The notes beneath the pieces were generated by a model, which saw nothing but the letters and a program-made list of their open reading frames with translations, was not told the origin of the DNA and ran no database searches. A stretch of 56,275 bases of DNA, filler included, from Catajapyx aquilonaris (lineage: Eukaryota): assembly GCA_000934665.2 (NCBI GenBank). It is 3 parts of 3 records of this genome, joined end to end, with 100 filler letters (N's around TTAATTAATTAA, not from the genome) between each part and the next. Parts side by side here need not be neighbours in the genome. Positions count along the whole stretch, not along the records: positions 18,786 to 37,453 come from KZ539570.1; 2 more parts are not named here. The stretch is one strand, 5' to 3'. Each line of letters opens with the position of its first letter. The first letter of the stretch is position 1. Positions 22,447-35,392 of the stretch are shown piece after piece. Made by a program: the position numbers and the translations under genes.

Positions 22447-24855
22447 AGAATGTGCATCTCCATGTTAAAATATTGGCTGCAGTGCTCTCCCTGCTGGGAA
22501 GAAAACATTAGTAATGTGCTTGTGACACCTGTGCTTTTCCAAGTGCTTGTACATATTGAATTAACTGTGGTGAAAATGGTGACATACTGCAAATGTTGGA
22601 AGTGATGCTAGGTACTGGATTATCCTCCTTCCCACTTTTTTCTGTAAATGAAGAATGTTAGTTTGATTTATTTGATGCTTGTCCAAGGAGGACTAAGTTA
22701 TGGAATGGGTGACATTTCCTTATTTAGAATTAATAGAATAATTTGTGAAATTGTACCATTTACATTTTTTCGTCACCTTAACACTTTCCTTTCAGAAGTT
22801 ATCCAGCCATATTACATGTAAATGTACATTTCAAGACAAATTCATCTTCAAATATTTCGCATGAAATTTTCTGTGATCTAGGAAACAGTTTTCCTGAAAA
22901 TAGGAGCTACAAGCAAAGGAGTGCAAACTGGCTATGGCAATCTCAAGCCGGACACGATATGACCTTTCCAAATGGTAGAATGACTGGTAGCCACCTTCTA
23001 CAGATGGCCTGTGAGTGGCAGCCAGACTGTGTGTGGCACTTGCATTGAGAGGTTTTAGTAGGAGAGAGTAGTAAGCTGCGCGTGTAAGACAAAAAAATAC
23101 ATATACATATATAGTTGGGCTTGGTGGGAGGAGTGAAATTGGTTGACATGGGCCAATTGAAAGCTCATAGGGAAAATGGCAACTGTTGAATCACATATGC
23201 AAGGGTCCAGGCCCCAATTGGCATTGCAGAATACTGCAAGAAACTGCCCAGTCTTGTCCGGTGTGAATTGAGCACACTCCTGACTAACCTTTTAATTTTT
23301 AAGTTAACTTTACACCTATTTGCTGAGTCACTGGAAGTTTTCGTGTCTTCATGTAGTGAGGCATGGACTCTTTAGGCCAACATGTGTCCCAACTTCTGCT
23401 GTGGCTAGACTTGCCTGACGCCAGTGTGCATTCATGGGTTTGCACCCTTTGTGGATACTTGATACTCAGTAGCTCAATCACATCCCCTGTGTACTGGTTT
23501 TGTAGTGTTGTTTTGGATGATTATTTGTAGACAGTAATAAATTGGGCATATGTTGAATCTGAACCTGAAAACTTGTCATTATACCGTGAGGTAATACATC
23601 CTATTTCCTCCCAGCAGTTTAGGAAAACAAGAAAGGGACCTTCTGTAACCATAATTTTATTCATAATTATTTCTAATCCGTCTAATACCATTTTGACAAT
23701 ATATTGATATTCTGAACATACAAGTAGATAAAGTATAACATGTCAAAGTAACAAACTCCAAGTTACTTAATTTGATGGATTTTCATTTAAGGGCAAGATG
23801 GTGTAAACTATAGCTAGATAACCTTAGTTACTGAAGCTGCTTTTGGTTTAAAAGAAACCTTTTGTCATGCTGTAGCAGTACAGGTAGTCCTTGTTTTATG
23901 ACAGGTATGTTCCAACAAAATGGGGTCGTAAAGTGAAAAGTCATACGAGAGACCAATAGTAATTCGTATATCTGTCTGCAGTCTCGGCCACAATGTACCA
24001 AGCAAACAAAAACTAAAACTAAACAGCTATTGCATGTTTGGATTCACAGACACTGCTGTGTTACATGATTTTTAAATTCCGATTTGCTTCAGTTTCTTTC
24101 ACTTGTTACATTTTTAAAGGTACAATACGTTTGAAGAGGTCAATAATGGGAAACAAAATGGACCATCGTAAAATGAAACTACCTGTATATATAGCAGTAG
24201 TTTTATGCTTGTCCAGAGCATGTGCACCAGATGTCAACTCACATCTGCATTGCGTAAATACCACATAACAATCATAAGTCACATTGACCTCCTTGATTGG
24301 AAGACAGGAAGTGTGTGTGACAGAGTATATTTTTGATTCCCCTGCCTGCCACATATTTGGGAGGGTAGATTTGAGTATAGAAGTACAGTACTGTCCCACC
24401 ATGAAGCGGAAGAGTCTGACATTTGACAGTAATGAGAGTATAAATACAGTGTATTTGCAATGTAATATATTCCAGTCAGCTTTTGTTTCAATTTTTAAAA
24501 GAACTTGGAAATAGTGCACTTTAATAATTGTTTTAATGTACAGGATTATTTGTATAAAATGAACCAAAATATCTGGCTCTATATCACAACCATTTGAACA
24601 CTATATCAATATCTGACCAGAAATATCAGGTGTGACAAAACTGTTTTTTGCTGCACACGAAAAAGTGAAAAAAGCGACAAAACAAAACCAAACGAGAACC
24701 ATCATCACATATTTTCTTGATAAAATAGGTAGTCAGCAATGTAGAAGACCCAAGTTAAATAATTAATACTTATATGATTAATGACGACACAGAAATATAC
24801 AACATTCTATGACAAAATACTGACCATTAATAAATGCTTGGTTTTGCCAACATGC

Positions 24856-25130
24856 AGGGCCAGATTTAGACCTTGGGGGGCCTGAGGCGATCTTGGTTCC
24901 CCCCCCCCCCCCCCCCCCAACCTCGTCTCCAAAAGAAATTTTCTGCCTACGCTACTGATTGTACGCCTCTTCATCCCGTCCGACCTTGTGGANNNNNNNN
25001 NNNNNNNNNNNCCCCCAAAAAAAAAAAAAAACGCCTGCGGTGGGCTTGCTCTCCGCCCTTTACGCCTTGTTCACCTTGTGCTTATGAAATGGACCCCCCT
25101 CCGAAATTTTTTCTGCCTATATGCGCCTGT
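24856..25130. mobile_element. hAT-like MITE fragments around a small gap
   Basis: Starts CAGGGCCAGATTTAG. Segment 25032-25132 recurs nearly verbatim at about 42449-42545. Confidence 0.5.
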
Positions 25131-26562
25131 ACAGGACATCATAAAATGTCTGAATAATTTTGTCCTGTCTTGATAGCCCCTTCTATCTTTGCTGAACATG
25201 TTTCTATTTTCAAAAATTTCCATTAGTAAAAGGGCATATTGTCAAGTCTACACTAATTGTGATTGACGGAAATAAATGACAAAGGAATGTATTACAAATG
25301 AAATTCTGATTTTGGCTGTAATTGATAATGATTTACATTGGCAGTAGACTTTTGCAGAATCATGTAGCTATGTCATGTAACAGCTAGTTGTTAATGCACT
25401 AACATTCTTAAGCATTCCAAGGACTTAACATAAATGTATACTACGATTTTTAAAAGTTAAGACTGACATTGTTGTCATTAATAAGGACATGACTTTAAAA
25501 TTACAACAGAGCAGAGGGGTGATATTAATCCTAACGTTAAACAATCTCAAACAATGTTGGCAGTTTTAAACCATTTTCAAGCTACAAATATAAAGTGTAT
25601 TGTTTCACAACAATTACCACTAGAAAATTATTAGCTGCCTACCAGGATTTCCAGACACGATGAATTAAGCAATATTTTGATTAAAGATAATTATAGATCA
25701 GGAAGTTCAGAGCCATTGAGCCACAAGGAGTTAATGGTTGTGGCCCATGAGGCTATTCAAAACCATTTGCAGTTCACCATGGCAGAAGCCAATCCAGTTA
25801 AACTTGTCCGTAGCAGTACTTCCATTCCGAATGGAAAAAAAAATGACATGACATGTCTTGTACAAAGAAAATATATCTAGGCCAAAAAATTTATTGTAAT
25901 GGGGAAGTTTCCCCTGCATACAGGGTTCCAGAGTGGTTTCACTATAAATGCAAACTGTTATTAACTCCTGTATGGAGCTCAAAAAGGGCAAATATTGTCA
26001 ACCGAAAATTTCATGCGCAAAACAATTTTGGTGTTGAAAGGTGTGCAAATGTCAAAATTCGATGCGGAAAAATTTCCGTGGGAACACTACAATAATACAT
26101 AATTATGTTACGTGGCATTGACTAGCCTCTTAAAGAGGAGGATGATCTAATTATTAGCACCAGAGAGCTTTGGTTGTAACTAACATTAGCAGCATTTCGG
26201 ACAGGAAGACAACTGCTTTGTTGGGTTCAGGTTTAGTCACACTGCCTCTGGGAAACATTTCCAGCTGGGACAAAAAGCCAGAAATGTTTGTTATTCACTG
26301 TTGATGACAATCAATAAAAACTTCGGACTCTTTTCCAACCGGCAACGTATGTTTCCTGGAAGAAGTGCAATCAGACCTAACAAATGCTATGAAAGCAAAA
26401 CGAAGGTTTGAATGCTCGCATGACACAAGGCAACTGATCTGAAATTGCTTATTGTGCCCTAATTATGATTATGCAAACATTGGACCAACCTTGTTGCAAA
26501 GAGTAAATGTGTAAATATCACAGGCCGAGTACAAGGCTGCTTTAGAGAATAAAAGACACATG

Positions 26563-26785
26563 TATAGGCGCCCCGCCCTTACGTTGCACTTATGCAATCA
26601 TTTTGTTTACTGACTCCTACTCGTGCTCCTAGTCAATAGAAATCTGCCGAACGTCAACGTACACTAGGAATCAAAGCATCGCCATGGAAACTTGAAAAGT
26701 GGGAGATTCCTGGGGTACGTTTGGCAGATTTCTGGTTGACTAGGAGTCCGTATACAAAATGATTACATAAGGGCGAATCACCTAT
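26563..26785. mobile_element. Degenerate foldback/MITE
   Basis: Imperfect inverted arms TATAGG..CGCCCTTA..AATCATTTTGT..CTCCTAGTCAA..AGAAATCTGCC and their reverse complement. Confidence 0.6.
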
Positions 26786-28183
26786 AACATACTGCTCCTT
26801 ATTTATACAATATACACTCTGAAGTACAACAATAATGATACAAGGTACCCTTATCTACTACATTTCTGATGGCAGTTTAAGTGGTTACTAGCATTACACC
26901 TTTGGTCATAACTAGCAGTGATCTGCTGGTGTGCTCTCACAACACTATCACAGATTATTTTCAAAATATGTATAACTGCATTGAAATGTTTTCAGAGACT
27001 ATCAAGCATATTTATATGCATGATTGTGACAGTTGCAATTTAATGTTAATGTTTCACTACTTATTGTATTTCTACTAATTTGTTCTTGAATTCATATTTG
27101 TAATGCAGGCAAGCAGGAGAAATATTTTGCACTAGGATAAATGAACAAGTAAAGAAATTTTTATAGGGGAACATGAGGTATAGAAAATATCAGAGTAGGA
27201 ATGAAAAACTATTTCTCAAGCTATGATGATGGTCAAAAAATCTGTAGGTAGGCACTAAAGTGACCACTGTTGACATTTATTATGGTGCCAAGGCACTTTG
27301 CAACAATAACGTAACACTCAGGCATTGCAATTTTTAATGAGGGTATTGAGGATGAGGGGTAGCTATAGTTTTACGACCTCCTAGCTGTGCAGCATCGGCA
27401 CTATGCTTAGGAAACTTCCATGCAGGAGAGGGAGTGTTGCAATACATTGTCTGACAGTGGGTCAAGTGCCTAAATGTCGTCATCAGCTATTACGCTGAAA
27501 AATAGGTAACTTTGTATTTTTAAAAGCTAGTCACTAGTAATTTTTGTTCTGAGGTTTTTAACTTTTAAAATGATCGATTGCCTCCTTGATAATTTTAATC
27601 CTGAATATCTGTTGGACTACTTTTATGTGAATGACAATATTAAATTACTGCAGGCCTACTTATTGATTTTCAATCACTGTTACATTGCAACCAAAATTGC
27701 TAAGGTGGATAGTGAGATTCTAACATTTTAAGCAAGCACTGAATTTGTACAGTTTTACACATCCACTTTCATTTTGGTATTGCACCCGCACGACATTATA
27801 ATTATGAATAATTTCATGATTCATTGGTATGGGGGCTAGGAGAAATTAAATTAGGTACCTATACTGATGTTAGGAAACATCATACCTTGAATAATAGCAG
27901 GTTATAATATTATCCTTCTTCCTCCACATCAGAATTATCAGAACATAATTGACTTCCCTCACTTCAGGAAGCACTCACATTTTAGAAGCCCCAGTGGTCC
28001 GTTCCCTGGTCCGTAACGAAGGGAGGACCACCACAAGAAAATTGATTATCACAAGTTTGGTTTCATATATTTAGTGACATGTCACAGTAAATTTTATGCA
28101 TTACTACGACAGTAGTACATTATTGTAGACTGGCCCAACAGCATTGCAATGTAGCTGCCTCACCCTTCAATTACATTGGGTCA

Positions 28184-29487
28184 TTAGTAATACTGAAAAG
28201 GTGTTGAAGAGCAACCAGTCTCGCTGATGTTATCTGACAAATATAATCGCCTTTTGGATCCACTCTTATAACTTCCTCCTGTGATGTCCTTCCCAATCAA
28301 TCCCTTCTCACTCTGTGTTGATGTCATATATGGCAATGAATTTTGTCCTGAAGTGTACGGTCGGCACCAGCCGGTCCAGCATTTCTGCAAGTCATTGTGG
28401 ACCTGCTCTGTTCCATCTGTCCTTTTGTTCCGCAACTTTTTGAGGCTAGCCAGGGACTTCACCTCAAGTTCCATAGTACTATCCTTACGTTGCCCACCCA
28501 TCGTATTTTTCAGCCCCCGCTTGAGTCGCTCTGCATTGCATATGGCCATGCGCTGTGTGATGGGCCCCACTGTTTCATGTAGTGACTGCTCTGGGAGTGA
28601 CTCGATTAGTTTGGTTTTTATAGCATACTCTATGCGTTGAGGGCGTCCTGTGCAGACATTCACCTTTGGGAGACTTTTGCTTGACATGTGTTTTGGCTTC
28701 TCATTGCATGCATCTAATCCATTGCATGCATCTTCTGAAGCTAATCCTGTTGTTTTTTGGCTACTGATTATTTTCCTGTGGTGTTCCGCAAGGGTCTGGG
28801 AACATTCTGCGATTGATTTTTCACATTGCTCTTCAAGCTGGTCCAGTAACATCTTTTCTTTCTGGGCATCCTTCTTGCTAAGTATATCCCATGGACGTTC
28901 ACATTTTAGTGTACTCCTGGGCAGGAATTTGGCAGGCTTCTCAGACACAGTTGGAACCATCTTTGGTTTCACTCTCTTTGGCTTCTCATCCTTGCCGATA
29001 ACCCATTCAATTGTTACCTCTTCATCCTTCTTCCCTTTCTCACTCTTCCCACTTTTGTCGCACTTGCAACCCTTTCTTTCATGCTTCCCGGCCCTATCAC
29101 CCTTCTCACTAGTCTCTCCAGCAGCATCCTTTTTGGTCTTTATTTTTGGGGGCTTGATACATGCGTTAGACCCATGTATTTGCAAGGAACGGCTAGATTT
29201 TAGAGGTCGATGCACCTTCTCTACCTTCCCAGCAATTTCCATGGCCTTTGCTTCCTTGCCTGCTACTTTTTCCAGAGCAGCAACATTGATAGGCATATCA
29301 GGTAATGGCAGAAGCCCAGGGATCTCAGGGATGTGACTGACCATGGAGAAATATCTCTTGTTGATGCCATTGCCAATCACTTGGAGGTCGATGCCAGTGT
29401 AAGGCTGCAGAGGGGCCTGGTGTTGCTTGTAGACCATTTCAAACATTCCAGTATTGCACACCTTGTCTTCCTTGCGATCGATGACCA
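28184..29487 (-). CDS. TTLL3: Tubulin glycylase 3-like, exon 9 (end of TTL domain plus long basic low-complexity tail)
   Basis: ttccag|TG GTC ATC GAT CGC (VVIDR...TGMFEMVYKQ); 434-codon ORF ending TAA. Confidence 0.92.
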
Positions 29488-29993
29488 CTGGAAGTGATGT
29501 TATTTTGGAACTTCATCATGATCAATACATGATATCAGTGAGGATATGTTAAGTCAACACTTAATAACAATGAAATACTGGATCAGTTCTAGTGAGGGAC
29601 TGAACATTCAAACAAAAATGTATGAGATTTACTATAACTCACCCATGATTCCCTATGATTTGCATGGCCTATTCACCCTCTAAAAGTCTAAAGTCTAATG
29701 GTACTGTACAAGATTCACCCAAGAGTCACCTACAGTCCGTAAAACGAACAATCTGATGTCACATTCAGCCTGCCTCCACCCAGATCTTCCATCCTATCAC
29801 ATGCCCGAATCACTCCGCTGCTCATGCTCAGAAAATACAGGTGCTGTGACGTCAGATCGTTCTCTCGTTTAAAGGACTGTAATTGTCCAACTACCCTTAT
29901 ATTCTAGAATGGGGCTAACCATGAGAATGACCCTGATGTGAAAACCCAAGAAAACTGCCATACTCCTCATATCAAGCTCATATTATACTATAC

Positions 29994-30247
29994 CTTTGAT
30001 AATGTCCTCAAGGCAGTTGGCACACATCCTGGCTGTGACACTCGTGCTGGGCGACATGCACGGGCAAGAGTTGATCTCGATGAGCCAGGGTTTAAAATCC
30101 TCCGTAAGCATGAAGTCTGCTCCAAAGAGCTCAAAGGAGTTCTTGCGGTTGTTTACACCATCCTGTGATGCGAGAAGTGTTCCGACAATCCCTTCACGCA
30201 TGCCAGGGTATATTGTGTCGTACCACACATTTCTGTAGCCAGCTCCC
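29994..30247 (-). CDS. TTLL3: Tubulin glycylase 3-like, exon 8
   Basis: Encodes VWYDTIYPGM...RKNSFELFGADFML...PWLIEINSCPCM...EDIIK; cag and gtatag splice sites. Confidence 0.95.
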
Positions 30248-30496
30248 CTGTGAGAGATTCACAACCACATATTAACCCTTTATGTATTGCAGATCATTCA
30301 GTTGCCACTGCAGGGTTTTTGAAAGTAAAATTTTGTCGAATTCTAGTGTTGAGAAAATTAACTCTCCAAAACTCTGAACAACCAGGATCTAGTTGTAATA
30401 CTAGCCTGTTATCACCAGACATGTACTATGCACGTAGCACCAAAAATCTTTTGAAACTTAAAATTATTAATATTTCGGAACATTGTTTTTAATTAC

Positions 30497-30664
30497 TTCA
30501 GATAGGCCTGGAATGTGTAGCAGTCCCACATGTTCTCTTCAGGGAGCAAGTTGTTCCTCTCTCCATTTATGTAATGCTTCTGGACAGCATTGTTGCAGAG
30601 ATGAATGGACTCGTGCATGTCTACGAGTGAGAATGTCTTGGAGCAGAATCGGAGGTAACTCTCC
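30497..30664 (-). CDS. TTLL3: Tubulin glycylase 3-like, exon 7
   Basis: Encodes ESYLRFCS...SIHLCNNAVQKHY...NMWDCYTFQAYL; cag and gtaatt splice sites. Confidence 0.95.
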
Positions 30665-30725
30665 CTGTGGTAGATCTCATTATTAATTTGGATGATTAAC
30701 AAGAATGTGAACATAATATAATATA

Positions 30726-31152
30726 CTAGGAAAACCCTCACTCCGCTTGCATTGTCCTAGGGCGCAGGCCTAAAAAACCACTCGCTTCGCTTGCTCTTTT
30801 CTAGGCCTGCGGCCTAGGGTACCTATTCGGCGCACCATATCGCCGGGGGAGGGTGTAACGTTAGCCCTCCAGCAGTCTTCGAACGGCCCTATTAGTGAGA
30901 AGTGAGAACATGTCTGTCCTGTGTCTGTCGTTCCATAAAGGGAACTGACTCTGTAAACAACTTGACAGTAGTGCCAACTGGGCAACAATACAGAGAGCGA
31001 ATGGACAGTTTCCCTGGCAACCCAACAGTGGAGTTGTTTACACCGCATTGCGCATAAGTAGAACGCGGGCCAATGGGAAGGTGGCTGTAACAATATGCAG
31101 CGGACCAATCAGAGGGCTTGGCCAACTCCCGCAAGGATTTTAATATTGTAGA
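30726..31152 (-). mobile_element. Non-autonomous Helitron, copy 3, inside TTLL3 intron 6
   Basis: Minus strand A|TCTACAATATTAAAATCC ... hairpin CTAGGCCGCAGGCCTAG ... GTGAGGGTTTTCCTAG|T. Inserted between A and T with no TSD. Confidence 0.8.
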
Positions 31153-31170
31153 TGGTGTGAACATTTATAC

Positions 31171-31261
31171 CTGTACATCCATATTGTGAGAGGATTCCAA
31201 TCAGTGACAAGGAACCATTGTCGAATGTCAAATTTTGTATTGAAGATGAGTAGAGGGCGCT
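31171..31261 (-). CDS. TTLL3: Tubulin glycylase 3-like, exon 6
   Basis: Encodes [30 protein letters not shown]; ttccag and gtataa splice sites. Confidence 0.95.
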
Positions 31262-31331
31262 CTGGAACAAGGAGGGAGGAAACAATGCAAAATTACCTGG
31301 AGTTTCAGAAGAACCCTGCTACTGTTCATAC

Positions 31332-31545
31332 CTATGTATTTTTGAACCACATATCGGTTGTCATGGCCAGGAGCTGCACGAGCAAACTGGAGGATCCTGT
31401 CCAGCTTGTTGGTGATTATGATTCCTCTGCCTCTAGACTTTGCACCTGGTTTGATTATCCAGACATTGTCCATGCCATCCATTTCCAGAGTAGACCAGAA
31501 CTTACTCGCATTAGCCAGCACTTCAGCAGCTTTCACGATCAATTG
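31332..31545 (-). CDS. TTLL3: Tubulin glycylase 3-like, exon 5
   Basis: Encodes QLIVKA...MDGMDNVWIIKPGAKSRGRGI...YVVQKYI; caccag and gtatga splice sites. Confidence 0.93.
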
Positions 31546-32111
31546 CTGGTGGTAACAGAGGCGTTCATAGGGACAGTGTTCCAGTTCATTAGGGTTACGA
31601 AGAGACTTGTCAAGGATAAACCCCACACACCGTATTGCAATAATGATTTGTTCAAATAAATTTCTTTCGTACAATTTTTGAACTTAAGCAATTTAGCAAT
31701 TGGCATTTTACTAATTAAATTTACCAAGGGGCCCTCACTTTCAAGACTTGGAAATATGTATTCCAGGAATTTGTTTGCTATGAACTGCCACAATTTTTAC
31801 TGGGAGTATATGCATTAACATTGTACATACATTAATTTCTACTACATTATTTAAATATCACTTTCAGTAAGTGATGCAGGACTAGAAAAATGGTCACAAT
31901 CTAAAATTACTAGAAACAAAATAGAAAAATTCTCTCAGGTTCATACCACCAGCTGTGGCATATTTAAATGTAACATGGCAATGTGCATTGAAGATGCCTG
32001 TTTCTCTTAGAAGCACAGTCATGTGATTAACCACCCTGTGACACTGATGCATTGCTTTCCTCACTGAGTAAAATAGTATTTGCTTAAAATAGTGAATGAC
32101 GGAAAACTCAC

Positions 32112-32618
32112 CCTAAGAGCTGCATTTGGTATATATCTTATGTTTTTGTTCTCGTGCACAATGTGGTAGTACCACTCTGTGAACTCAGCCCATTCTCTCT
32201 CCACTTCTTGTGGTTCTTTGGTGTCCCATGTGTCAATGTCTTCATGCAAGCAAAAGGTGACATAATCCTTGCAGTGCTGTATTGCAAACTCAAAGGCCGA
32301 AGCAGGAGCTCCTAGAGTAGTCAGGGATTCTTGACTGGGAGGTGTTGCAGGTTCTTCTTTCTTTTTTTGGGAAAGAAGTTCTTCCACAGTCGAGGGCATG
32401 GTCTCGAAATCAGGACCTGTGAAATTCCGGCTGAGGTCACATTTTGACTTGGATACAAGCCACTGAAGGAGGCTGAAGCAGGCAGTAGTACGAAAGTCTT
32501 CTATAAAGGCAGAACGGTCCTCTTCATGGCAGAGAATGTAGCATCGTGGGAATAATGTCCTGGCCACTTCAGCCTCTTGGAACCACTGGTTCGTCTGCAA
32601 GCTCTGGCACAGACCGAT
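32112..32618 (-). CDS. TTLL3: Tubulin glycylase 3-like, exon 4
   Basis: Encodes IGLCQSLQTNQWF...FPRCY...FIEDFRTTAC...; aag acceptor and gtgagt donor. Confidence 0.92.
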
Positions 32619-33520
32619 CTTGTGGGTAGAAAGAACTGCTATTAATATTATTTTTATACTATACTTAGGGGCCGTCCATAAATCACGTGATGCTGCTTGG
32701 GGGGGGNCATGTTGAAAATGGAGCCGGGGCGCAATTCCTTTTGGATCTAGTTGCTTTAATATGTGAGACATTTTTAAAGACAATTTCACTCTAGTGAATT
32801 TTTTTCGCTTTCGGCTACAAGACGGATATAATCGAATTTAATTATTAAAATTCAATGCCAGCACTGCCTCTGGGGTCTTAGTGTTCCTCTCTTAAGTTTA
32901 AATATACCACTGTTTATATGTCTTGCAATATATAGCATTGTCAAGTACGCATGCAGTCTCAATAGGAACAAAAAATATCACATGACAAAGGGGCGGGGAG
33001 GGGGGGGGGGTTTTACCTCAAATGTCATGGTGGGTCACATGGGGGGAGTATAAGAGGCGCTTACAACAAAAGTGGCCCAAGTCCAAAAATGCAATTTTCG
33101 AGATAGGACTGCCATCACATTCAGAGAACTACTCCAAGTTGGTAAATAAAATGGTATAAATCCTAAGTTGGATATTTGGGCAGTAAATGACATAATGTCA
33201 TTTATGCTCCAAGGATAGTTGCCTACCCCTTGGAGCAATCCTGGTGTAAGTCCCATACCAGCTGTTAAAGATGGCTGCTGACGAAGATCCAAGCGATATT
33301 TCTGGGGGCACCTCTATGGACAAAATAATATTGTGTATGACAAATAATAAGTGTGTGGCTGTCAGTTTTGGAATGTTTAAAAGTATGTTGTGAATTTGCG
33401 AATTTTAAATATTTGCTGAAAATTGCCTTTTCTTAAATTTTTTATTGAAATTAATTTTTACTAAAATCATTTTTGTTAAAGTTGAGGAATGATCAAAGGA
33501 AATTTTATAAATGCAGTTGA

Positions 33521-33679
33521 GATGAGCTATAACAGCCTTGGCTATAATGGACTCGAAAGGAAGGTCCCGGCATATTTCCATAATCATGGCTTGTAAATTC
33601 GGCTATAACTACAGACCTTGGCTATAACAAGACTGATTTCCGCGGTCCCTTGAAGTCTATTATATCCGGATTCAATTGT
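33521..33679. mobile_element. Deleted copy of the pogo/Tigger-like MITE family seen at 52874-53303
   Basis: Shares the GGCTATAAC repeats and the TTATATCCGGATTCAA(C/T)TGTA end. Confidence 0.55.
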
Positions 33680-33971
33680 ATTACACCCAGTCAACAATGG
33701 TGTAAGTTTATGATTCTGTAGGATCAATATGGTGTAAGTCATATACGATTTTTTATCAATAAATCAGTTTTTTTTGTTTCAGTAGCAATACATCTCAAAA
33801 TGACTGCCCTGTAATGATTGCCAATCTGACACAATATGGATCCAGTCATATGATTTTCCTTTTTTCTATGACCTTTCAAACTTGCAGGCGAATTATCCCA
33901 AATTGAGCTTTTTGGACTTTGGGCCACTTTTGTTCTAAGCGCCTCAATTATGTACAAGTCTGCTGTCATAC

Positions 33972-34231
33972 CTTTGTGGTAAAAGTAGCGTTGGGGAAGC
34001 GGTTGACAAGTACATCACGAGCTATCATCCTCCAATTGATACTGTCCCTTCTCACTGTCCAGTAGAAATCAGCAGGGGCATCTACACAGCGCAGGAGTCT
34101 TGATATGAGGCTAGCATCACTCTCTAGCTCAGTCAGACCCCCAGTATAATCTTTCAGGTTGTCCAACCACTCGGTTGTGGGGGTTCTCACATCCTCCTTA
34201 CTGCAGGGTGTGGATGGAACTGTCACCACAT
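33972..34231 (-). CDS. TTLL3: Tubulin glycylase 3-like, exon 3
   Basis: Encodes LISRLLR...PADFYWT...VNRFPNATFTTK; tgcag and gtatga splice sites. Confidence 0.92.
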
Positions 34232-34606
34232 CTGCAATTAGAGATGGATATCAGACATTAGAAATGATTATGGAGGAGTAGGTCATATCAAGGTGGTTAT
34301 GTAATCATGCTTATTATTGGCATGACAAATGTCAACAAAGTTTAAACATAGACTTGCAATTTAGATGGGTGGGAGGAAACCACCAGACACAACTTTGCAT
34401 GCTTCATGGATATAGATGCAGTGACCCAGTTTGATGGATCAATGGTGGTGCCTATAGCAGAGTGAACTTTTCCCCCTCCCCCTCCACACTTTTTTCTATA
34501 TTGGCATGCTTGCTGTAAATTATAACTAAAAATAGCTACCTTTCGAAATGCTTAGGTGGCATGGAGTCTTTTTTTGTGAGCAATAATTGGGACAGGAGTA
34601 GCTCAC

Positions 34607-34778
34607 CTGAAATGCTCTCTTCGTCTGGTGATGATGGTCTGCTCGTCTTACTGCTGGGGGCCTTACTGCGGCCTGGCTTAGTGTTCAGGAGGATATTAAC
34701 CCTCTCCACCCAGCCTCTCTTCTTCATTGCATGGCGAACTGAGTTGTAGTTACCGTTGATGGAGAAAACCTTATGGTT
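34607..34778 (-). CDS. TTLL3: Tubulin glycylase 3-like, exon 2
   Basis: Encodes NHKVFSINGNYNSVRHAMKKRGWVER (TTLL3/8 RGWVE motif). Phase-1 donor CAG|GTGAGC. Confidence 0.9.
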
Positions 34779-34840
34779 CTGAAAATGGCCAAATAATTCA
34801 TTTACAGTGGCATACTTTACGACTTGTTCAACTGTCTCAC

Positions 34841-35392
34841 CTTGATGGCCATTTCAACGATGTCCCTTAGAAATTTCATTCTCTCAGCATTGCTATTGGG
34901 TACCGGCACCTTAAGGGAGCTGCACTTATCCTGGAGAAGTTTGCTGAATGGCAGCAATGAATTAGTGTCTCCATTGCCTTCACCGCCATCTCCATTGATC
35001 TCCACTGGGGTACCGGGTACTTTCTGGGCAGACAGCTTAATCAACTCCTTTCCATTTTCATCCTGGTTCTGGTTGTTGTTGCTATCGAATACATTAGGTT
35101 CACGATTGGCCAAAAGGGGCTCCATGGGTGGTCCCTGGTGCTTTTGAGTTTCAAACGAGCTTGCTGTGGATTTGGTTGGATGGGTGGGAGAAGGAGGGAT
35201 GTCAGAGTGGGTGGCCCACTGGTATTTGGAAGTATGAGGTTGAGGCACCACTGTTTCCCTGGAGACTTGTTGGTCAGCAGATCCAGCAGTGCCATTATTG
35301 TCATTGTTGTCGCCTCCATTGTTGCTGGCAGCAGCTTGAATGGAGGTGGAGGCGACACTTGCATCTTCACCCCAGGCACACTTCTTGTGCAT
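34841..35392 (-). CDS. TTLL3: Tubulin glycylase 3-like, first coding exon (low-complexity N-terminus; start codon uncertain)
   Basis: ATG at 35392 preceded by an in-frame TAA. Donor AAG|GTGAGA is in frame with exon 2. Acceptor at 35472-35473 and an upstream donor GAG|GTGAGT at 35663 imply a non-coding 5' exon. Confidence 0.75.

Larger units (their letters stand above)
28184..35392 (-). other. TTLL3: TTLL3/TTLL8-type tubulin glycylase gene model: complement(join(28184..29487,29994..30247,30497..30664,31171..31261,31332..31545,32112..32618,33972..34231,34607..34778,34841..35392)); 3522 nt, about 1173 aa
   Basis: All 8 introns are GT-AG with matching phases. TTL ATP-grasp motifs: WIIKPGAKSRGRGI, VVQKYIERPLL, KFDIRQW, HLCNNAVQK, FELFGADF, PWLIEINSCP. 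Confidence 0.93.

Noticed and set aside
28650..29336. 228-aa plus-strand ORF (and 19894-20268, 22230-22592, 34824-35455)
   Set aside because: Antisense shadows of Lys/Glu-rich ARGLU1 and TTLL3 exons.
34536..34606. Longer TTLL3 exon 2 ending at the donor at 34540
   Set aside because: It gives phase 2, incompatible with exon 3; the donor at 34607 keeps the frame.
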